Part shown: one piece after another, positions 56,576 to 64,000 of the stretch
Layout of the letters: the number at the start of each line of letters is the position of its first letter
Position numbering within the stretch: position 1 is the stretch's first letter
The notes under the pieces: generated by a model
Seen by the model: the letters and a program-made list of their open reading frames with translations, nothing else
What the model was told of the DNA's origin: nothing
The model's database searches: none
Position numbers and translations under genes: made by a program
Source: a virus
DNA: 64,000 bases
IMG/VR virus record: IMGVR_UViG_3300038705_000018
Location: 1-64,000 of that record
Reading direction: 5' to 3' (one strand)

Positions 56576-56740
56576 TTATTTTTTGCGTTTAGAACCGCCC
56601 TTTCGCTTGCCGGCATTTGGGGCGGTTCTTTTATTTCGTTTACTGCTAATCTTCTTCGCCAGCTCATTCGCATAAGCTGTTGCAAATACTGTAAGGAATA
56701 CCTTAGCAGCGTCATACAATAAATTAAATAAAGAATCCAT
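56576..56740 (-). CDS. 54-aa protein with hydrophobic N-terminus and poly-basic tail
   Basis: AAGGAGGTGA RBS. MDSLFNLLYDAAKVFLTVFATAYANELAKKISSKRNKRTAPNAGKRKGGSKRKK. Confidence 0.5.
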   Translation of the reverse strand: MDSLFNLLYDAAKVFLTVFATAYANELAKKISSKRNKRTAPNAGKRKGGSKRKK

Positions 56741-56884
56741 TCGGTCACCTCCTTTCTCTCTAGAATCAGAGAAAGGATAGCAACCTCCCGCCCTCACAAT
56801 ATACAGTTACATACAGTCTATCACACAATTTTATTAGAGGAAATATCATTGGAATAATCTCAAATTACATCGAGTTAAAAATAG

Positions 56885-57005
56885 AATATAGATTTTGTTC
56901 ACTTTTACGATACATTTATGAAACATTCATATGTTACGTTGTATAAGTCCTTTTTTGAATCATTTTCATTCTGTCAAAAAGTCCTAGCCTCTCTAGGACT
57001 TTTTG
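56885..57005 (+). ncRNA. sRNA-like unit, second copy of the 37.8-kb unit
   Basis: ATAGATTTTGTTCAC..GATACATTTATGAAACATTCATATGTTA, then about 45 nt, then hairpin AAAAGTCCTAG-CCTCTC-TAGGACTTTT. Confidence 0.35.
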
Positions 57006-57070
57006 CGTTTAAATAAAGAGGTGTACTAAATTTCTCAATGTACAATATTACTTAACGTGGTAAAATAATA

Positions 57071-57153
57071 GTTGGATTGGCGTCCAATACATATTATTAA
57101 AACTAAGATGATTCAAGTCGGAGGAAGGCACCTTAGGGTGTCTTTTCTTTTTT
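57071..57153 (+). repeat. REP-T copy 7, long form
   Basis: GTTGGATTGGCGTCCAATACATATTATTAAAACTAAGATGATTCAAGTCGGAGGAAGGCACCTTAGGGTGTCTTTTC. Not directly 3' of any CDS. Confidence 0.85.
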
Positions 57154-57408
57154 ATTATCCTATTATAACGGGTTAGTCATAGCGTTATGATATTTTTGGT
57201 GTAGATCCATTCCTATCAATTAAATTTGAAAAATATAACTGTCTTTTATTTAAAGGACATATATTATAAGAAATGTGATTATAAGTTTCATAATTAAAAT
57301 TATGAAACTTATAAAAAAAACGAAAAATTGTGTTATAGTAATATAAGTATAGGTATTGGCCTCCAGGCAAAGTGAATGCAAATATTATCTTTGTGGAGGT
57401 ATTTTAGT

Positions 57409-57627
57409 ATGTTTAAAGAAAAAACCTATAAAAAAACTAAAAAGAAAACTGTAGAGGAGAAGCAAACAGCGACTACCAAAACAGTTACTCATGTCACAGA
57501 AGTTGAGGTCGTTAGAACTCAAAAGAAAAAGAGTGGAACTACTACTTCCAACTCTTTCCAGTGGCGTGATGCAGTAAATTGGGTTTTCCGTCTAGGGACA
57601 CTCATTATTTCTCTTTTTAAAGGCTAA
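57409..57627 (+). CDS. Small basic protein with C-terminal TM segment (72 aa)
   Basis: GGAGG RBS 9 nt before MFKEKTYKKTKKK. Confidence 0.5.
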   Translation: MFKEKTYKKTKKKTVEEKQTATTKTVTHVTEVEVVRTQKKKSGTTTSNSFQWRDAVNWVFRLGTLIISLFKG

Positions 57628-57853
57628 TGGTCAAAATAATACTAATCATTAAATAGTAAAGAATCCCACCCAAGGCAAGCGTTGAGATTTTCTAGATAAT
57701 TGAGGACTAGTCACCCTCGCATATTATCAGTTCATATATGCTATACATATGCAATTCACTAGCCTAGAAGTGCAATCTTTAACTGGTGCACTTTGTTATT
57801 TAATGCATTACATTATTATTGATTATTATTACCTTAAAGAAAGAAAATAAACA

Positions 57854-57890
57854 AAAAAGCTTTCCGTTAGTCAGGCGGAAAGCTTTTTTT
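57854..57890. terminator. Bidirectional terminator
   Basis: AAAAAAGCTTTCCG-TTAGTCAGG-CGGAAAGCTTTTTTT. Confidence 0.75.
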
Positions 57891-58481
57891 GTTTACCTAA
57901 TTATTATCTTTGTGTGGTTTCAGTAACACAATTAACAACAGCAGTAAGGCTTGCTAGCGATGGTTATTACCTTAGTGTATTTTTTGAACAAAACAAGGGA
58001 TTTTACGAAATTCCGCCTGATCATCTAAAACATAAATTTTACACATATATATACACGCTTCAAACAATCCTCCAGTGTTTATAATGTGTACTGTCACCAT
58101 GGTATTTAAGTATGTCTAAGTTGAATATACCACTTTCTTATATTTTATTCAACAATGGGATAGAATGTTTTATTGCATAAAAAGGCTCCATTGCTGGGTC
58201 ACTCCAAAAATAATATAAGTAAATGAATTAAAACAAATTACTAATATAGAAATCCTATTTTTTACTGATATAATAAACTTACTCGATAATTGTTATATTT
58301 TTTTATGGTTTTTCAGCAATATAATACTTTCTTAACACCAAATGTACAATTAATGGTTACTCATGCACTTTTGGAGCCTGAATATACTGAGAAAGTTCCA
58401 TTTTACGATTGGTTAGCTTTGTAACGATAGTATATAAAACTTCTAATTTGTATATACTATAAATCTATAGGGGTGATATTG

Positions 58482-59582
58482 ATGGAAAAATGTATTTACT
58501 TAAAAGATAGCAAACAACAATTATCATTTGATTCAGAAGAACATATTTTTCCAGCTGGACTAGGTGGAATTAGAAAACTCCCAAAAGGATATGTAAGTGA
58601 TGAATGTAATAATTTCTTTTCCGGTATGGAAACTGAATTTATGAGAAGATCTCCTTTGGCTATACCAAGACAATTTGTCGGTCCAGGTAAGAGAGGTAAA
58701 CTAAACGAAAAATATGCAACTAAGTCTGATATATCTCTAATGTCTGATGAAAATTCTCCTATAGGAATAGAATTTGGTTATATTTCTTTAGGTAAACCTT
58801 ATTCAATACCGCAATTCAAAATTCGTCTTGAAGGAAAGATGCAATTTATCTCAGATCAATCATTCGGAGATGCTACAGCACAATATAATAATCTAATGGA
58901 CAAACTAGAAAAATTTAACAATCAATATACAATTTATGAAGATGAACGAATTGATGAAAACTCATTTCTAATTGGTTACGAAAGCAAAGAAAATAAATGG
59001 CATATAGCTTTTCATAAAAAAGATCATGGGATTAATGTTAATGAATGGATTGAGAGAGTCATAAAGTCCAAAAAAAATATCAATAATGATGATATTGAGT
59101 ATGGTAAGATGCAACCCAAAGTAATACAGAGTATGAAAATTGATTTGATAGATTTCCATCGGGTTTATGCGAAAATCGCATTTAATTTCTTAGCCGAACT
59201 AACAAATCAAGAATTCGTACTTGATGATCAGTTTGACCCAATAAGAAATTGGATACTACATGGCGGCGAAAATGAATTTGTTACCTTAACAGGTAACGGC
59301 GAAAATTTCAAATCAATTAGCAATTTGATTCCAGTTCCTAAATCATCACATTTAGTGATGATAATTCAAAATAGAAACCATTTATTTGCAACTATTAGCT
59401 TTTATGGCGGGCAATTTGAAGTCTCTGTATTATTAAGTGATAGATTTGATGGTGTTTTTGAACAAGATGGTTTTATCTGTGATTGGGAAAATAGACAAGA
59501 ATTTAGAATTTTTGAATACATGCTTAAGGAGCAAGAGAAGAAACTTAAAAAAATTAAAGAACTTCAAGACGTAGAAGACTAA
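58482..59582 (+). CDS. HNH-like (degenerate) N-terminal domain protein, Abi-like
   Basis: MEKCIYL...SEEHIFPAGLGGIRKLP...VSDECNNFFS resembles the C..EH[IV].P..LGG...C..CN HNH pattern but lacks some Cys residues. The 300-aa C-terminal region is unassigned. Confidence 0.5.
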   Translation: MEKCIYLKDSKQQLSFDSEEHIFPAGLGGIRKLPKGYVSDECNNFFSGMETEFMRRSPLAIPRQFVGPGKRGKLNEKYATKSDISLMSDENSPIGIEFGYISLGKPYSIPQFKIRLEGKMQFISDQSFGDATAQYNNLMDKLEKFNNQYTIYEDERIDENSFLIGYESKENKWHIAFHKKDHGINVNEWIERVIKSKKNINNDDIEYGKMQPKVIQSMKIDLIDFHRVYAKIAFNFLAELTNQEFVLDDQFDPIRNWILHGGENEFVTLTGNGENFKSISNLIPVPKSSHLVMIIQNRNHLFATISFYGGQFEVSVLLSDRFDGVFEQDGFICDWENRQEFRIFEYMLKEQEKKLKKIKELQDVED

Positions 59583-59993
59583 AACAAAAATTATAAAATT
59601 AACGAACTATGTCTGTTCTGTAAATTGAAACTTCAGTTTGTAGAGGATTTTATCCAAGATAAGAGAGATTGGCTAGAATCCTAAAAAATCTAAGTCAGAA
59701 AACAGATGATACTTTATAGAAAATTGCGATTAGGGAAGGCCGTATGATTGTTCAGGGGGGCAAGAATGATTAAACGTATATTTCATAAATAAATTGTAGT
59801 TGTAGCTGATATAGATTTAGCTTATTTCGGAGGCGAAGATTATGTGGATTCACCATTCCCTTATGCCAATTATAGATATTCTAGTAAATATCTATAGTTT
59901 TTGAACATTATATATGTCCCCTTTCGATTAAGAACCTTTCTAAGATTAGGAAATAATTTGTACTATGCCAAAATAATAAATTATTATTTAAAA

Positions 59994-60041
59994 ATTAAAA
60001 TAGTTTTATTCGGAGGAAGACACCCTAAGGTGTCTTTTTTT
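59994..60041 (+). repeat. REP-T copy 8, variant
   Basis: ..TTATTCGGAGGAAGACACC-CTAA-GGTGTCT plus T7. The G-to-A change converts the G.U pair to A-U (compensatory-type change). Confidence 0.7.
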
Positions 60042-60244
60042 AAGACTGGACATCAACAGAGTCGTTTTGCTAAGCCACTAAGCTGGTTTTATTTTATGTG
60101 AAAATGCTACAAAAAAATAAAATATACTGTAATTTGATTTTTTTTCAGAAGAAAGCATTTCCATTTAATATAGATAAAATTATTGATTCACAACAAAAAG
60201 AATGCAAATACTTCACCTGCATTCTTTTTGTTTCATATACAGGA

Positions 60245-61009
60245 CTACTTTAAATCATACAGATCTGAAGGAATAGCCTGTACATTAATATCAAATTTTT
60301 TAAGAACTGCATTTACAACATCAACAAACCAAGACGCTGCACCAGGATAAACATAAACATTTCCAATCAAATCTTTTAGATTTACTTGAATATTCTTCCC
60401 TATCTTATGTTCATCACTAACATCATATTGTGAAGGTATAGAAACAAACCTTACTTCTTGTTCATGACTAAACGAAACTCTCTTTGTAAAAAACGGCTCA
60501 ATATAATGTTTTTTAAGATTATTTTCCGTAGTATTATCCAAATATCTAACTTTACCAATAAAAACTTCATCCTCGCAAGCATTCAAGCTCTTTTTCACCC
60601 TATCAAAAGTAGTTTGAATCGCTATTCCTTCTTTACCATTAGAATACAAATCCCACATGGCTGCTGATTCATACTCATTTAAATGCCAACAGTTAATAAA
60701 AATCTTTTTACGCTGTTCATCCAGTCCTATACTCAACTCTTTTTTAAACTGTTCTATCTCAATTTGCTCAGCATACTCTCTATATTCACTCATTTCCTCC
60801 ATTTTCATTACTCTATTTAATAATGCAAATGCATCCTGATCTGTTTGGTTAAATAATTTACCCTCAAATGTATCTCTAAAATTATCCGATCTACAAAAGA
60901 AGATTGACTGCGTAGATAACAAACTTACTAACTTAGTAAAATCCATATATCGCCATAGTTTAGCATCACCTTTTATATCTGAATTAATCCATTGACTCTC
61001 TACAAACAC
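60245..61009 (-). CDS. DUF2971-like protein
   Basis: N-terminus ...LWRYMDFTKLVSLLSTQSIFFCRSDNFRDTFEG is typical of DUF2971. Own terminator at about 60195..60229. Confidence 0.6.
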   Translation of the reverse strand: MFVESQWINSDIKGDAKLWRYMDFTKLVSLLSTQSIFFCRSDNFRDTFEGKLFNQTDQDAFALLNRVMKMEEMSEYREYAEQIEIEQFKKELSIGLDEQRKKIFINCWHLNEYESAAMWDLYSNGKEGIAIQTTFDRVKKSLNACEDEVFIGKVRYLDNTTENNLKKHYIEPFFTKRVSFSHEQEVRFVSIPSQYDVSDEHKIGKNIQVNLKDLIGNVYVYPGAASWFVDVVNAVLKKFDINVQAIPSDLYDLK

Positions 61010-61153
61010 AACTACTCATCCTTTCATTTCCTTTAAAATATTATTATCATCGATAATTAATTAGAACAGAAATATCCCCAGTATAATTAACCATTATACT
61101 GGATATATTTCTCAAATTATATTATATAAAACCATTAGTTTTTTTTATTTTCG

Positions 61154-61222
61154 TTCGACGAAATATGACAAAATAGTTGTAACCATTTCTGTTATGATGG
61201 TTTCAGAAATCTTACATTTTAC
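61154..61222 (+). promoter_or_regulatory. Conserved promoter leader L3
   Basis: TTCGACGAAATATGACAAAATAGTTGTAACCATTTCTGTTATGATGGTTTCAGAAATCTTACATTTTA, upstream of 61241. Confidence 0.55.
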
Positions 61223-61240
61223 ATAATTGGGGGAAACAAA

Positions 61241-61768
61241 ATGTATAAGAAATTGGTTACAATCACTATAACTGGGGCACTTGCTTTTAGTTTAGCTGCA
61301 TGTGGTGAAACTGAAGAAACTGCAAAAAAGGTATCAAATGATACTAAAACAGAACAACCAGCTGAAAAGAAAGAAGAGAAGAAAGAATTTAAAATTGGTG
61401 AAATGATTCAACTTGGAGACCACAAGTTAACTGTCACAAATATTGAAAAGTCTCAAGGTGGAGAATTTGATAAACCCAAAGATGGACATGAATTTTTAAT
61501 CGCTAAGGTAACTATAGAAAACGGTGGTAAGGAAGAAATAAGTTATAATCCTTTCGATTTTAGCTTACAAAACAGTGAAGGGAATATTGTAGATCAAGCA
61601 TTTACTACAGTTAACCAAGATACTGTGTTGAATTCCGGGAAACTTGCACCAAACGGAAAAATTTCTGGAACTATCGCTTTCGAATCAAAGCAAGGAGATC
61701 CTAAGCTTCAATTAATCTTCAAACCAAATTTCTTATCTAAAAAAGAAATTCGAGTAAATCTTCAATAA
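61241..61768 (+). CDS. DUF4352-like lipoprotein
   Basis: Lipobox LAACG. GEMIQLGDHKLTVTNIEKS...FLIAKVTIENGGKEEISYNPFDFSLQ pattern. Confidence 0.75.
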   Translation: MYKKLVTITITGALAFSLAACGETEETAKKVSNDTKTEQPAEKKEEKKEFKIGEMIQLGDHKLTVTNIEKSQGGEFDKPKDGHEFLIAKVTIENGGKEEISYNPFDFSLQNSEGNIVDQAFTTVNQDTVLNSGKLAPNGKISGTIAFESKQGDPKLQLIFKPNFLSKKEIRVNLQ

Positions 61769-61792
61769 CAAATTAGAAATGGAGTTATAACT

Positions 61793-62137
61793 ATGAAAAG
61801 AACAGCTGAATTTGTATTAGGGCTTATTGGTGGGATTTTTGGAATCCTATGTGCATTTATCGCATTATTTATCGGTGGACTTGGATCTGCTTTAGAAACT
61901 GATGGCGCAAACACTGTTATTGGCTTAGGATGGGGCGCTGTAGCTCTATCTATATTAGGAATCGTTGGATCTGTTATGGTAAGAAGTAAAGCGAAAGTTG
62001 GCGGTATCATGATGACTGTTGCTGCTATCGGAGGCTTTATCTGTATATCTCTGATTTACTTATTACCAGGAGTATTATTATTAATCGGCGGATTAATGGG
62101 TATCTTCCGTAAAGATAAAGTTGTTGTATCTGCTTAA
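61793..62137 (+). CDS. DUF4064-like membrane protein
   Basis: MKRTAEFVLGLIGGIFGIL... with 3-4 TM segments. Commonly paired with DUF4352 genes. Confidence 0.7.
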   Translation: MKRTAEFVLGLIGGIFGILCAFIALFIGGLGSALETDGANTVIGLGWGAVALSILGIVGSVMVRSKAKVGGIMMTVAAIGGFICISLIYLLPGVLLLIGGLMGIFRKDKVVVSA

Positions 62138-62202
62138 AATGGGCACTCGAAAGAGTGCTTTTATTTTACTCTCTGGCATAAATGAAATTAGGGGTGATGC
62201 GC

Positions 62203-62904
62203 ATGAGGAAAGAATTTTTTTGGGGATTGCTGTTTACTACATGTCTGATATTTTCTGGTTGTTCAGCTAATATGAAATATGTAGAACATGAAACTAAGGA
62301 AAAATTAGAAAATAGTTCATTGGGACCATATATTGAAAAAGTCGATTATAAAGCTGATAAAAAGGAGGACGATACTACACCAGTAAATATTCAAGCGATC
62401 GTAGATGAGAAGTTCTCTGATTTGTCTACCATGGAAAAATATCAAATCATGTACACTACGCTCGATCAAATTATGGGTTCTTTTAATAATGTTTATTGTG
62501 GAGAGAATAGATCATGTCGTTACAAGGACCTTAAATTACTATACGATGACGATACATTTGTTATGGACATTTTTGATAAAACACTGGTTATTAACGAGTT
62601 CGAAAAATATTCAAAACGTGATTATGACATAGAACTAGCTAATAGCACTTATAAAGCCACCCCCAATAACGTATCTAAATACACATCGCAAAAGAAAGAG
62701 AAATTTGCTAGCAACGGAATGAACTACATGATTATATTTGATTTTATGAAAGAACAATACAGAATCCTCACAAACAATGACGAAAACTACATCCCCGAAG
62801 TACATGATCCTCGGGTAGCCGAAATAGCTGCTAAACGATTTGGAATTACAGCCAAAGAAGCTGGATTTATTTATGAAGAAGTGCAAATGGATGCTTTTAA
62901 GTAA
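62203..62904 (+). CDS. Lipoprotein of unknown function
   Basis: GGGGTGA RBS and lipobox IFSGC. Confidence 0.7.
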   Translation: MRKEFFWGLLFTTCLIFSGCSANMKYVEHETKEKLENSSLGPYIEKVDYKADKKEDDTTPVNIQAIVDEKFSDLSTMEKYQIMYTTLDQIMGSFNNVYCGENRSCRYKDLKLLYDDDTFVMDIFDKTLVINEFEKYSKRDYDIELANSTYKATPNNVSKYTSQKKEKFASNGMNYMIIFDFMKEQYRILTNNDENYIPEVHDPRVAEIAAKRFGITAKEAGFIYEEVQMDAFK

Positions 62905-62920
62905 AATATAGATTTTGTTC

Positions 62921-62980
62921 TAATACATATTATTAAAGTGGGTCAAGTCGGAGGAAGGCACCTTTGGGTGTCCTTTCTTT
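62921..62980 (+). repeat. REP-T copy 9 (fused to an ATAGATTTTGTTC box at 62908)
   Basis: TAATACATATTATTAAAGTGGGTCAAGTCGGAGGAAGGCACCTTTGGGTGTCCTTTCTTT. Confidence 0.8.
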
Positions 62981-63123
62981 ATAAAAAAGAACTCATAAAA
63001 CGCCTTAAATTATTAAATTTAAATATCATAATTTTATTATAAAATAATACATTAATATTAACACTAAAAATTTGTTATAATTAGTAAAGAATTCTATTAA
63101 TTAGATAGAGAGGATACAATATT

Positions 63124-63684
63124 ATGGGTTATAAATTTCGTAGAATTATCCAGTTTTCCCCGGGTGTGAAAATTAACTTTACATACACAGGTACGGGAGG
63201 GAACTCTATTCCACCTGAATCAAGAACGACATCTTATATACCTGGAACTGGAATCTCGTATACACCACGAATAGCTGAGTCAAACAACTATTATATACAA
63301 CGCGGATATCAAGGACCAAACACTTCCTATCCCACTATGGATGAACAAGAATACAATACGGTAAATGCATTTGAGCCAGTAAAAGAAACCCAAACTTACC
63401 TTGTTACTGCTTTTCGTAAAAAGGATAATCAAGTAAACTCCGTAGGTAGAAAACTAATGAAACCACTTTCCATAATTACAGGCGTGTTTGCGGGCCTATT
63501 CTTAATTATGATGCTTATTATACCTGCTCTAATCATGGCATTCTTTTCTTTCCTATGCTATAAAAATATAAAAACACCATTTGCAGTTGTATGCCCAGAA
63601 TGTGATGCTGAGAATCTATTCATTTTTGAAGAAGAGAAGATTGCTTGTCGTAAATGTGAGAGTACTCTTATAATCCAAAAATAA
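63124..63684 (+). CDS. DUF4236-like protein with TM segment and C-terminal zinc ribbon
   Basis: MGYKFRRIIQFSPGVKINFT...PGTGISYT; hydrophobic segment; CPECDAEN...CRKCES. Confidence 0.6.
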   Translation: MGYKFRRIIQFSPGVKINFTYTGTGGNSIPPESRTTSYIPGTGISYTPRIAESNNYYIQRGYQGPNTSYPTMDEQEYNTVNAFEPVKETQTYLVTAFRKKDNQVNSVGRKLMKPLSIITGVFAGLFLIMMLIIPALIMAFFSFLCYKNIKTPFAVVCPECDAENLFIFEEEKIACRKCESTLIIQK

Positions 63685-63766
63685 ATGGTTCTCAAATTAA
63701 CATCTCTTTATTAGTCAAAACAATATAAATCTAATTATAAATATAAATAGATAAAAAGAGGGATAA

Positions 63767-63976
63767 GTGAATATCATTATTAACTTTGAAGCGTTTAATC
63801 CAACTATAAACGACTTAGCTATCAAACTTGCTATGGTACTGTTTATACCGTTATTCTTAGCATTGATTGTCAAAGTGATACTTATGAAATTTATGAAAGA
63901 ATCAATTGCTGGCAGATTAGCAAGTCTATCTTTGTTATTCTTTATGTACTATGTATTTAAATTTATTACAGCGTAA
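63767..63976 (+). CDS. Small membrane protein
   Basis: GTG start with an AGAGGGA RBS. Two TM segments. Confidence 0.45.
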   Translation: MNIIINFEAFNPTINDLAIKLAMVLFIPLFLALIVKVILMKFMKESIAGRLASLSLLFFMYYVFKFITA

Positions 63977-64000
63977 AAGGCACCTTTGGGTGTCTTTTTT
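63976..64000 (+). repeat. REP-T copy 10 (hairpin part; window ends)
   Basis: AAAGGCACCTTTGGGTGTCTTTTTT. Confidence 0.7.

Noticed and set aside
56917-56931. PlcR-box-like palindrome TATGAA-ACA-TTCATA (a weaker version is near 37815)
   Set aside because: The canonical PlcR box TATGNAN4TNCATA is 16 bp with a 4-nt centre. This one is 15 bp with a 3-nt centre, and the second copy is imperfect. It was kept only as part of the sRNA-like unit.
58310-58430. 39-aa ORF MVFQQYNTFLTPNVQLMVTHALLEPEYTEKVPFYDWLAL upstream of the HNH-like gene
   Set aside because: No RBS. It may be a C-terminal remnant of a lost gene, but I cannot assign it, so it is not reported as a feature.

Overview
AT-rich Firmicutes DNA whose gene content looks like the Bacillus cereus group (inference from gene families; no search was run). 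Layout: (1) 1-2.5 kb: a small secreted-protein gene and an ORF-free, GC-richer stretch. (2) 2.6-5.4 kb: a plasmid-type partition module, with an array of GTATAC-centred repeats, ParA, a small adaptor and a NucS-like nuclease. (3) 5.4-7.2 kb: a secreted His-rich protein and a cytoplasmic partner, bracketed by two copies of a perfect 22-bp palindrome. (4) 7.2-11 kb: MerR-like regulator, membrane proteins, replication-relaxation protein and FtsK/SpoIIIE ATPase. (5) 12.3-46.3 kb: an apparently complete siphovirus-type prophage on the minus strand (lysis, tail, head, packaging, small serine recombinase, RecU, replication, antirepressor, cro/cI). It ends in an arbitrium-like receptor plus an untracked propeptide gene. 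No integrase is visible, so it may be episomal. (6) 46.7-64 kb: an accessory, defence-like island. It holds an OLD-family ATPase-TOPRIM nuclease, an Rx4H (HEPN-like) protein, a metacaspase with an upstream glycine-zipper mini-protein, an HNH-like protein, a DUF2971-like protein, a CPBP protease and many lipoprotein or membrane genes. Interspersed are at least 10 same-orientation copies of a terminator-bearing repeat, 3 copies of a conserved promoter leader, and several candidate non-coding RNAs. No rRNA, tRNA, CRISPR array or transposase was recognised. Family names come from motif recognition by eye and need HMM or structure confirmation.
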